The notes beneath the pieces are model-generated. The model had not been told where the DNA came from. It saw nothing but the letters and a program-made list of their open reading frames with translations, and ran no database searches. 64,000 nt of DNA, taken from positions 2,604,001 through 2,668,000 of the forward strand of contig CATNEN010000005.1 of assembly GCA_950097015.1 (NCBI GenBank), in the 5' to 3' direction. Positions 12,001 to 22,707 of the stretch are shown one piece after another (within the stretch, counting starts at the first letter, position 1; each line of letters starts with the position of its first letter). A program made the translations under genes and the position numbers. Source of the stretch: Macrostomum hystrix (Eukaryota > Animalia > Platyhelminthes).

Positions 12001-14451
12001 CCTTTAGCAAGACACTTAACTCTGCATTGCTTCAGTTCACCCAGCTGTTAAATGGGTACCAGCATCAGCTGGGATAATTGAAGGTGGGTGTGGCGTCCCC
12101 CCAGTCCATGGACTGAACAGCTGTACGCAGCCTTCAGATGCGCCGCGCAATAGCTGCGGCTGTGCTGTCGACTGACCCGATTAGGGCAGGTGTAATCAAT
12201 TATTTTTTTTATTAACATAAAGAAAAACAGGGCCATTAGTGTATGCCAAAATTAGAAAAATATAAGAAGATGATATAAGAGAGACAGGGTACAGGGAATT
12301 ATGGTACAGGGCACAGGGTACAGAGTACAGGGAATTAGGGTACAGGGTACAGGGTACAGGGTACAGGGTACAGGGTACAGAGTACAGGGAATTAGGGTAC
12401 AGGGTACAGGGTACAGGGTACAGGGAATTAGGGTACAGAGTACAGGGTACATGGTACAGGGAATTAATGTGTCTAACAAATTCCTAGAATTCCTATGACA
12501 TGCACAGAGATAGATAAAACAAAACATTGAAACACAGGGAAAATTGAATTTGAAATAAGAATCGCGATTATAGACGAGAATGAGATTCTTGATTTACGCT
12601 TTTTTTCTCTTCAACTTCAAAACCGGGCTTCTAACAAAATGTGTCACCCCCCTAGCAGCTTATCGTATTCTAAGAAAGTTGTGGGTTAAGAAAATTAGTT
12701 GGTTTAATATAGTTTTCGCTGAAGAACAAGCGAAAGTAAGTTGAGCTAAGCAAACGACTTGGCTGTGAATTGCCCGGTCAGTTTTAGATGTGGACACAAC
12801 TCAACTCAAGTAAAATTATCCAAGGTAGCAAAAAATCTTCTGTGCGAAACGGAGGTGCACCTAGGGAGAGAGAGGGAGAGAGTGAGAACAGGCCAGCAAT
12901 TTATTGATCGAAAAAAAGAAGCAAATTTCAATCGATTTCGACATACGCAGAGAGAGGGGGAGAAATTGGAATAGACCGAATGGGGATCTAAATATCCTAT
13001 AGCGGTTAGCAACAAGGTCGGGAAAATTCTGGACCTCCCTCTTAACTACAGAAGCAGAAATGGTCAAAATAAATATATATTTTTTATATTATAACCCAGT
13101 ATCTACCCACAATGGGTTGGCGCCCTGCATTGTAAAATTTATATTGCTTTATTATGCTGCAATTTCACTTTCCCTTCCTTTCTGCTTCTTTATTGTTGTG
13201 TTCCGACTTCAAATCTCGCCGTATTACACCCCTAGGGCGAGAACAATTTGCCCATCTTAGAATTCTAAGGGTTTGGTCTTCGGAATAGCAGCACACTTGG
13301 CTGATATAATTTAGGTGCTTAGGTGAAGGCTGAGATTATGTTGACCAGGGGCCGGCGAACTCCAGCCCGCGGGCCAGCGGGCTCGAAACTCCCAAATCCG
13401 GCCCGTTGCCCCTTGCGACACCTACAGTATCCTGTTTCATCTCTACCGTGTCTCATCTCTCCCGTGTCTCATCTCTTCCTATCTCGTCGCTACCGTGTCT
13501 CATCTCTCCCTTTCTCATCTCTCCCGTGTCTCATCTCTCCCTTTCTCATCTCTCCCGTGTCTCATCTCTTCCTATCTCGTCGCTACCGTGTCTCATCTCT
13601 CCCTTTCTCATCTCTCATGTGTCTCATCTCTCCCGTGTCTCATCTCTACCGTGTCTCATCTCTCCCTTGTCTCATCTCTTCCTATCTCGTCGCTACCGTG
13701 TCTCATCTCTTCCTATCTCGTCGCTACCGTGTCTCATCTCTCCCTTTCTCATTTCTCACGTGTCTCATCTCTCCCGTGTCTCATCTCTACCGTGTCTCAT
13801 CTCTCCCTTGTCTCATCTCTTCCTATCTCGTCGCTACCGTGTCTCATCTCTCCCTTTCTCATCTCTCATGTGTCTCATCTCTCCCGTGTCTCATCTCTAC
13901 CGTGTCTCATCTCTCCCTTGTCTCATCTCTTCCTATCTCGTCGCTACCGTGTCTCATCTCTCCCTTTCTCATCTCTCATGTGTCTCATCTCTCCCGTGTC
14001 TCATCTCTACCGTGTCTCATCTCTACCGTGTCTCATCTCTTCCTTGTCTCATCTCTTCCTATCTCGTCGCTACCGTGTCTCATCTCTACCGTGTCTCATC
14101 TCTCCCGTGTTTCATATTTCAATGACCGCTGTCAATGCGGCCCGCAGTCGTTTTTTAAGTTCTCTCTTTGGTCCACTATCTAATAAGTTTGCCGACCTCT
14201 TACGTAGACCATGCGGTAGCTATAAGCATGTGAATTTTATACACTTGGTGTACAGAAGGGTGTACTTAATTGATTCTGTCAGAATCAATGAATATCGTAG
14301 AATACATTTTCCTATAGTTTTTATTTATAATAAAATGAAAAAAATAAAGGAAAGTTTATTTTACCTCAACTCGCCACACGGCAAAGTAGGGTTTGTTCAA
14401 CGGAATCGACTTGAAAGCGGGGTCGATTGCCCCCTGCGGCGGCTGCGACAT
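58..14451 (-). CDS. vil: Villin/gelsolin-family actin-binding protein, multi-exon, 3'-partial (continues past left edge)
   Basis: Manually spliced GT-AG exons in compatible phases: 14365-14451 ([13 protein letters not shown]...VWRVE), 10347-10724 ([52 protein letters not shown]), 6978-7190, 2782-2897, 2038-2116, 1742-1840, 1495-1642, 1288-1388, 1060-1203 ([21 protein letters not shown]), 823-981 ([23 protein letters not shown]), 58-246. These match gelsolin repeats G1-G5. The headpiece that would separate villin from gelsolin lies outside the window. Confidence 0.93.
2299..2555 (+). mobile_element. Diverged CORE-SINE copy
   Basis: TATCCCTTGGGCAAGATAATTAA..TTCACCCAGCTGTAAAA core plus a 3' segment GGTGGGTTTGGCG..AGTCTATGGTCTGAACAGCAGTACG..AGATG homologous to 12083-12140. 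The tRNA head is degenerate and boundaries are approximate. Confidence 0.7.
3051..4495. repeat. 36-bp minisatellite (~40 copies) in villin intron 3
   Basis: Unit CTAGATTCTAGATCTAGAGTTCCATGTTTGCAATAC with palindromic TCTAGATCTAGA core; source of the 524-aa [15 protein letters not shown]. Confidence 0.97.
4795..5172. repeat. ~20-bp TGTC-rich minisatellite
   Basis: Alternating TGTCTGTCTGTCCACTAGCC / TGTCTGTCTGTCCACCAGGA units. Confidence 0.92.
5375..5599. repeat. 20-bp minisatellite (~11 copies)
   Basis: Unit GACAGTGTGTTCACCTGTTA, near perfect. Confidence 0.95.
6060..6460. repeat. 24-bp minisatellite
   Basis: Unit CCTGCCTACCTGTCTACTATTTTA; SINE family A is inserted at its right edge. Confidence 0.93.
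6463..6827 (+). mobile_element. tRNA-derived SINE (family A), single copy in villin intron, antisense to gene
   Basis: A box TGGCGGAGCGG (6471-6481), B box GTTCGATTC (6516-6524), (ATT)n-like tail, 14-bp target-site duplication AACCTGTCTACCAG (6449-6462 and 6828-6841). Confidence 0.88.
7266..7575. repeat. ~22-bp purine-rich minisatellite
   Basis: Unit GTAGAGTGAGAGGGATAGAGAA. Confidence 0.9.
8275..9165. repeat. 36-38-bp minisatellite
   Basis: Unit GAGATCCCATCTCTCTCTTGTAATCCCATCTCTTCATT. Confidence 0.93.
9612..10270. repeat. 17-bp purine-rich minisatellite
   Basis: Unit AGAAGACAGAGAGGGGA; it spuriously extends the villin exon 2 ORF. Confidence 0.94.
10755..11460. repeat. Adjacent 33-bp and 17-bp minisatellites in villin intron 1
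   Basis: CCAATCTAATCAGGTAGATTGTCAATTCCAACC (~10755-11045) followed by GAGGTGAGAGGTAGAAT (~11050-11460). Confidence 0.92.
11915..12216 (+). mobile_element. tRNA-derived CORE-SINE
   Basis: A box TAGCCTAGTGG (11922-11932), B box GTTCGATTC (11967-11975). The segment GTGTCCTTTAGCAAGACACTTAAC..TTGCTTCAGTTCACCCAGCTGTTAAATGG (~11997-12056) aligns by eye to the MIR/CORE domain as I recall it (GTGACCTTGGGCAAGTCACTTAAC..TGCCTCAGTTTCCTCATCTGTAAAATGG). 8-bp TSD ATAAAGAA at 11907-11914 and 12217-12224. Confidence 0.85.
12285..12465. repeat. 7-bp-based repeat
   Basis: GGGTACA units with AGGGAATT interruptions. Confidence 0.9.
13346..14201. mobile_element. Non-autonomous hAT-type DNA transposon (MITE) with internal 16-bp-based minisatellite
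   Basis: Imperfect TIRs CAGGGGCCGGCGAACT (13346-13361) and AGTTTGCCGACCTCTT (14186-14201), subterminal GGCCCG motifs typical of hAT, and a degenerate 8-bp TSD ATGTTGAC / ACGTAGAC (6/8). Interior ~13430-14110 is a CGTGTCTCATCTCTCC-type repeat. Confidence 0.75.
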
Positions 14452-16430
14452 AGTGATCAGATGCTCCACTGGAATAGATTTTTTAATTCGTGCGTAAATT
14501 GTCTTATTTAGTTCAATTTTTTTACGTACTTGTAGCATCTAGAGTTTTGTAGAAGCAGGTGCGATATTGCGTCACAGCAAACAGAGATTGCAGGTGCATA
14601 CTCAAGTGTCAACAGAATTCAAAAACAATTTTTTAAGCAGAAAATACATTCAATGTGCAATGGAAAAAGAATCCAGTTACTAATGCCAAGGAATTTATTA
14701 TTTGCTTCGATAGATTCACTTCTCTAGGTGTATCCGATAAATGCTTTACGACAACAACAGCGCTTCATAAAAGGACACGATATATAGTGTTACAAATAAT
14801 ATATGTGCATCTACACAAGCTAGCACTCTATTATAATTATTTGCTGATTCTCCAACTTACTGTTGACGAATTAAATTTCTTTCTGGCAGTTCTTAAAAAG
14901 AAATAAGCAATTAACAGTTTTAAGCTACCTACTTTGTAAATAAGAACATAATCAAAGAGACTATTTGGAAAATCAATAATCCTAGATAAAATAATTTTCA
15001 AAAAATGCAGATACAATTAAATTGTCTGCTAGTGTATCTAAAGTGCAGAAAATTTAAACAATCAAGTTTCCAAATCAAGGCTGATACTTCGATACAATAC
15101 GAGAAACTCAAAACAAAAAGCTGGCACTCTAACCATGTAAATTTATTACATTTTAAACTTCACTATAAATATGGAAATAACAATACATAAATTTGTTAGT
15201 AAAATATAAACTAAATTTGTATAATGCCATTGAATACTAAAAATCGGATGTTGTACATATTCTATAGATCTAAAATATTTTTCAATTTACAGTTTTTTCA
15301 ATCCATCTCTTATCTAGATCTTATTTAATAATATGTATATTATGAGTCCTGTTTTCTAAAGACTTCATAAATCTGACTGGATGAATATTCAGCAAACGAT
15401 CCTGTCAATTACTTTTTTTCACGAAGTTTATTTCCATCACAAAGAAAATGCCTAGGGATTATAATATCGTGGAAATAGACAAACACTGTAAGCAAAAAAA
15501 ATAGTTTATAAATTTTGTTCTTTGACAGAAATCTTCACTTCAGTGCCTCAATCAATCAATGAGTCGAGTCGTAAGCAGTGAAGAACAAAATGAATATGAG
15601 CCAAGCCATTCTTTAAGTAATAACTTGAATAAGTCACAAAAAACTCTCTCTTGCTTAGAGTTGAAAATAAACTAAACTGGACTAGTGATAAAATTTATTT
15701 TGAATTTACTTTTAATTGTCTTTTATATGGATATGCTATGCGCGTCCATGTCCACGATAATTTTAAGCGGATGCAACCAGTTAAATTGTTGTCACTGTAA
15801 ACTATCGGCGTGAGTAGTCGTTTTTTACGACATTGGCTGCAATTATTTTTGGTACTTAAGTGAATGACATATTGAAGACAAGGTACTCTTACTACCGCAC
15901 TTGTGCGACCAGATGCAATCACGAGACAGCGGTCCTGCTTATTATCTAAAAAATCTTACAAATGGCACATTGAAAGAGTTGTATCAATTACATTAATTCA
16001 GTAACGAATTTAGAAACCGGTTCATCGAATATTTTACTTTATTAGCCTTTTCTTGCTTGCTGGGATAGAAGTAAAAACGTCTATTTTAATTGTTAAAGCG
16101 ACACAATTATACAATTTTCAATTGTTGTTTCCTGGGTCGCGAGAATTTAGTTTAATAGTGATGTATTAATAAATGGCTTTGAGTGCACGATCACTGACAT
16201 TGTATCATTTTGGTGCGTTTTTTGACCCAAAGGACCACTGTATAACTGTAGTAGAGGCGTCTGCATGAAACAATCATGCATTGGTGCACGCTTGAAATTT
16301 CTATGGTCAAAATCATACAGTTAAAAGTGGTAAGAGAATGGCGCCTAGAGATTGAAGCCTATTGATAGTAGAGACAGAAGCCTAGCCACCCTAAGTCTAC
16401 TTTGTTTTCTTAATTAAAATTTTTATCGAA

Positions 16431-17359
16431 ATGATCTACGAGGCTTCAACGGACGTGGCTATTGGTTTGCTGCATATGTCGCAAGGGGACGTCGTAGGCG
16501 CGTCTGCGTCTGAGATTGATGAACGTATCCTGCATCAGGCGACTATGCAAGGCATGTTAGACGATCTATGCAAGGCTCAGTTAGATTTGAATGAAATCGA
16601 AAAGCTGGTTACTCCGTCGGGATCCGGATATGTCGTTCACAGAGCAACAGAATTAGCTACTGGCCATAGACATTCAAGGCGTGCAACAATCAAGCTTCGT
16701 TGGTATAGACCCCGAAAAACCCCTTCCAAAATGATACGAAGGTACGTGTCGATTGCTAGTTAAAAGTAGCATTTAAAATATCTGACATTTGGCATATCCC
16801 CTTTTCAAGTGGAAGTTTTGTTCCAACTTTCAACGCTTATAAACAACTAAATAAATGCAAAGCTAGCTAAAATGCTCATAATTCATGTACAATAATGTAG
16901 CATTTCCATGCAAAATCGTTCCAGCGCAGAACAAATTAGTTTCGGCGGTATAATGTCAAGTTTGTCGCTTTTTGAAGTTACCCAATATGCAACTTAATTC
17001 AGATTTTGGCTACATGTGTACAGTTAAGTATCAGATTCAAAGGCTTCACTGCCAATCTGATACAATCAAAGGCAGTATAGAGTTATTATTGTTGGCCAAT
17101 TATCACTCACTCTAGCTGTTAACTGCATTTAGCTAAACGGCACATATTCACTAATAGTTTATACCCCGACATTTGTGCCTTACAATCGAAAGTTTAACTG
17201 AATGGGCAAGAAAAGCAAAAAACTAACCTAATTAGACCCCTTATAATAACCAGTGAGATAGAACGACAGTGATAGAAATAACTGATTTTATTAACCGCTT
17301 TAAAGTTTTCTTATGTTTTTTTTCTCAGCCTAAGTTCCCGACGAGCTGAATATCATTAG
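16431..17359 (+). CDS. Putative small orphan protein (~113 aa), 2 exons, divergent from villin
   Basis: GC-elevated ORF 16431-16741 in AT-rich flanks ends at a plausible donor (AG|gtacgt). Polypyrimidine acceptor ttttttctcag at 17328 gives an in-phase exon 17329-17359 (SLSSRRAEYH*), with AATAAA about 120 nt downstream. No recognisable domain. Confidence 0.4.
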
Positions 17360-17829
17360 TTAAGCAAAACTAAAGGAAGTTATATAGTGTGTTCCAAGCG
17401 GTCGAGTTTCTATGTATAATTTAGTTACATGTGTGATACAAGATCTACCATTGGCCACTACACAGTTCAGACCCAATAAATAAACAGCACACATTTTGAA
17501 AACTACAGTGCAAACTTCGTTAAATGAGCTCGGATTCGTGCATGCAGGTAAGCTTCGATATGAAATTACCAATGAATGCTTTGGCATAACTCTACAACTT
17601 AAACAGGCATGCATATAATGCACAACAAAACTAAACAAGAGCTCGCGATTGTTGTGCCAACATTTTGTTAATAGCTTCTTCAAGGTTAACCAAAATCACT
17701 TTGCAAATCTGGAGAAAATGTTGGGTAAGCTAAAAGCATTGTTCTTTTCGTCTGCCTTTGGAATTGTTAAAGACAAGCGTGATTTAGTATGCAGATAAAG
17801 TTTGTGCTTTTCCCATTGATCTATTCCCA

Positions 17830-19073
17830 TTCTCATCCCATTCTCTACCTGTTCTCATCCCATTCTCTACCTGTTCTCATCCCATTCTCTACCTGTTCTC
17901 ATCCCATTCTCTACCTGTTCTCATCCCATTCTCTACCTGTTCTCATCCCATTCTCTACCTGTTCTCATCCCATTCTCTACCTGTTCTCATCCCATTCTCT
18001 ACCTGTTCTCATCCCATTCTCTACCTGTTCTCATCCCATTCTCATCCCATTCTCATCCCATTCTCCTCCCATTCTAATCCGATTCTCATCCCATTCTCAT
18101 ATCCTATTCTCCTCCCATTCTCATCCGATTCTCATCCCATTCTCATATCCCATTCTCATCCCATTCTCCTCCCATTCTCATCCTATTCTCATCCCATTCT
18201 CATCCCCTTTCTCATCCCATTCTCATCGGATTCTATAAGCTGACAACCTCGGCTTTATAATCTGACACCCTCTGATTCTATAATCTGACACCCTCTGATT
18301 CTATAATCTGACACCCTCTGATTCTATAATCTGACACCCTCTGATTCTGAAATCTGACACCCTCTGATTCTGAAATCTGATACCCTCTGATTCTGAAATC
18401 TGACACCCTCTGATTCTGAAATCTGATACCCTCTGATTCTGAAATCTGACACCCTCTGATTCTGAAATCTGACACCCACGGATTCTATAATCTGACACCC
18501 TCGGATTCTGAAATCTGACACCCTCGGATTCTATAATCTGACACCCTCGGCTTTATAATCTGACACCCTCGGATTCTATAATCTGAAACCCTCGGTTTCT
18601 GAAATCTGACACACTCGGATTCTGAAATCTGACACCCTCGGATTCTGAAATCTGACACCCTCGGTTTCTGAAATCTGACACCCTCGGATTCTATAATCTG
18701 ACACCCTCGGATTCTATAATCTGACACCCTCGGTTTCTGAAATCTGACACCCTCGGATTCTATAATCTGACACCCTCGGATTCTATAATCTGACACCCTC
18801 GGATTCTATAATCTGACACCCTCGGATTCTGAAATCTGACACCCTCGGCTTTATAATCTGACACCCTCGGATTCTATAATCTGACACCCTCGGATTCTAT
18901 AATCTGACACCCTCGGATTCTATAATCTGACACCCTCGGATTCTATAATCTGACACCCTCGGATTCTATAATCTGACACCCTCGGATTCTATAATCTGAC
19001 ACCCTCGGATTCTATAATCTGACACCCTCGGATTCTATAATCTGACACCCTCGGATTCTATAATCTGACACCC
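17830..19073. repeat. Adjacent 22-bp and 23-bp minisatellites
   Basis: CTCATCCCATTCTCTACCTGTT (~17830-18230, degenerating rightwards) followed by CTGACACCCTCGGATTCTATAAT (~18244-19073). Confidence 0.94.
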
Positions 19074-19614
19074 TGCAATTTTTAACTTACTGTTTTTCAC
19101 ACTTTTTGAAAATAAAAAGTTAACGCTTTTAATTGACATAAGCAAGTGGCTTTTAATGTTAATTATAATAATATTATTATTAAATGAATCATGCTATTTA
19201 TAATAGAAGGCTGTCAATAATGTACAATTTCTCTATGTGATAAATGTGACATTTACACAATTCAAAATATAATTGTACTGCACTATTCAAAACTAGTTAA
19301 AAAGAATTATGCTTTAAACTTAGTGACTGCACTGAATCATTTTTTTGTTTTGTTGTAAAACAGATGCTTAAAATTTCAGAGTCAATTTTAAAAAATATTT
19401 GTGCGCTAAAAATATTATTTCTGAATCACAACTCAACGATGAAGACATAATTGAAAATAGAAAAAATATAGGTTTGTTTAGTACAACAGGGTACAGTATA
19501 ACTGCTTCAGTGGTTTTTGACAATTGGACGTTTCTTGGAGACAGGAAAATAAAATACACTTATTAGCAAACCGATCCCACCCGAGTAATTAATACCCGTT
19601 CAATAATCCCCTAC

Positions 19615-21880
19615 TCGATGATCCCTTGAATACTCAAATATAAACCGATTAGCGACTCGATAATCTGTCTCGACTTGATAATCTCTCATCGATAATGTCT
19701 ACTCGGCAATCTCTACTCGGCAATCTCTACTCGATAATCTCTACTCGATAATCTCTACTCGATAATCTCTACTCGATAATCTCTACTCGATAATCTCTAC
19801 TCGATTCTCTACTCTCTACTCTCTATTCTAATTCTAATCTCTACTCGATAATCTACTACTCGATAATCTCTACTCGATAATCTCTACTCGATAATCTACT
19901 ACTCGATAATCTCTACTCGATAATCTCTACTCGATGATCCCCTTGAATACTCAAATATAAACCGATTAGCGACTCGATAATCTGTCTCGACTCGATAATC
20001 TCTCATCGATAATCTCTACTCGACAATCTCTATTTGATAATGTCAACTCGGCAATCTCTACTCGATAATCTCTACTCGATAATGTCTACTCGATAATCTC
20101 TACTCGATAATGTCTACTCGATAATCTCAACTCGATAATCTCTACTCAATAATCTCTACTCGATAATCTCTACTCGATAATGTCTACTCGATAATCTCAA
20201 CTCGATAATCTCTACTCAATAATCTCTACTCGATAATCTCTACTCGATAATCTCAACTCGATAATCTCAACTCGATAATCTCTACTCAATAATCTCTACT
20301 CGATAATCTCTACTCGATAATGTCTACTCGATAATCTCAACTCGATAATGTCTACTCAATAATCTCTACTCGATAATCTCTACTCGATAATCTCCACTCA
20401 ATAATCTCTACTCGATAATCTCTACTCGATAATGTCTACTCGATAATCTCAACTCGATAATGTCTAATCGATAGTCTCAACTCGATAATCTCCACTCAAT
20501 AATCTCTACTCGATAATCTCTACTCGATAATGTCTACTCGATAATCTCAACTCGATAATGTCTAATCGATAGTCTCAACTCGATAATCTCCACTCAATAA
20601 TCTCTACTCGATAATCTCTACTCGATAATGTCTACTCGATAATCTCAACTCGATAATGTCTACTCGATAATGTCTACTCGATAATCTCTACTCGATAATG
20701 TCTACTCGATAATCTCTACTCGATAATGTCTACTCGATAATCTCAACTCGATAATGTCTACTCGATAATCTCTACTCGATAATCTCCACTCAATAATCTC
20801 TACTCGATAATCTCTACTCGATAATGTCTACTCGATAATCTCAACTCGATAATGTCTAATCGATAGTCTCAACTCGATAATCTCTACTCAATAATCTCTA
20901 CTCGATAATCTCTACTCGATAATGTCTACTCGATAATCTCAACTCGATAATCTCTACTCGATAATGTCTACTCGATAATCTCCACTCAATAATCTCTACT
21001 CGATAATCTCTACTCGATAATGTCTACTCGATAATGTCTACTCAATAATCTCAACTCGATAATCTCTACTCGATAATCTCAACTCGATAATGTCTAATCG
21101 ATAGTCTCAACTCAATAATCTCTACTCGATAATGTCTACTCGATAATCTCAACTCGATAATCTCTACTCGATAATGTCTACTCGATAATCTCTACTCAAT
21201 AATCTCTACTCGATAATGTCTACTCGATAATGTCTACTCGATAATCTCAACTCGATAATGTCTACTCGATAATGTCTACTCGATAATCTCTACTCGATAA
21301 TGTCTACTCGATAATCTCTACTCGATAATCTCAACTCGATAATGTCTACTCAATAATCTCTACTCGATAATCTCTACTCGATAATGTCTACTCGATAATC
21401 TCTACTCGATAATCTCCACTCAATAATCTCTACTCGATAATCTCTACTCGATAATGTCTACTCGATAATCTCAACTCGATAATGTCTAATCGATAGTCTC
21501 AACTCGATAATCTCCACTCAATAATCTCTACTCGATAATCTCTACTCGATAATGTCTACTCGATAATCTCAACTCGATAATGTCTAATCGATAGTCTCAA
21601 CTCGATAATCTCTACTCGATAATGTCTAATCGATAGTCTCAACTCGATAATCTCTACTCGATAATCTCTACTCAATAATCTCTACTTGATAATCTCTACT
21701 CGATAATCTCTACTCGATAATCTCTACTCGATAATCTCTACTCGATTCTCTACTCTCTACTCTCTATTCTAATTCTAATCTCTACTCGATAATCTACTAC
21801 TCGATAATCTCTACTCGATAATCTCTACTCGATAATCTACTACTCGATAATCTCTACTCGATAATCTCTACTCGATGATC
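19615..21880. repeat. 14-bp minisatellite with higher-order duplications
   Basis: Unit TACTCGATAATCTC. The block at ~19615-19700 recurs at ~19935-20010, and ~19800-19935 recurs at ~21745-21875. Confidence 0.95.
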
Positions 21881-22707
21881 TCCTGCTCAACAATCGCACA
21901 CTGATTGGTCCGCTACTCAAGGAACCCCATATAGATCCGTACTTTAAAAACTCTACTGGATTAACCTTTTTTAAAGATCCCTACTCAATGATCTCGAATA
22001 GCCAAGTGCACTAAGAAATCTAGCTATTTTTCGGCTTTTAATATTAGCCTGTCATTCTAAACTATTTTTAGAATTTAGAATCCATTAAACATTACTACAA
22101 TTAAAATACACAAAATTCCAGGAAATCTAAAAATTCTAAGAGTTTGTCACAAAAGTCGAACACGAAAGGAAAAAACTGTACTTATTCGCGTTTGCTATAC
22201 AAAAAAATTAGAATTGCGAAATTAGACGGCAATAAATAGTTAAATTTATCAATTTGTTAGCATTAAAATAATAATTTCGCCAGTCTTATTCCCTTTACCG
22301 TAAAGCTATGCATAGAAAATCTGCAAATAATTGGAGCGAATATGTACTCGTATTAGGCACATGTAGTAGCAAAGATATTTTATAAGTTTTTACTACTAAT
22401 TAAGGATGAAATTTATAACAACGGTGTCATAAAATCCGCAGATTTAGAAACCAAATTTGCAGTTTTATAAATTAACTTACGTAATTTCATTGGTTGGTGA
22501 AAGTCACTCTTAATTTGTTGAGGGCAAATCGATAAGGGTTCCCCGGAACAAGAGTTTCTAAAAATAGAAACAGTGATTATCTGATCGACCAATCAAATTT
22601 CGGTAGCTGATTCTGCACCAAAGTTTGAGAACCCAATTCGACCCTACACACAGATTTACATCACAGATTAAAAGAGCTATTGGTTGAATTAATCAGCAAA
22701 ATAATTG

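Noticed and set aside
19380-19564. + strand frame ..STTGYSITASVVFDNWT.. faintly recalling actinoporin-like toxins
   Set aside because: AT-rich, no start codon, the best acceptor gives an in-frame stop, and the resemblance ends after about 15 residues. An HMM search would be needed to revive it.
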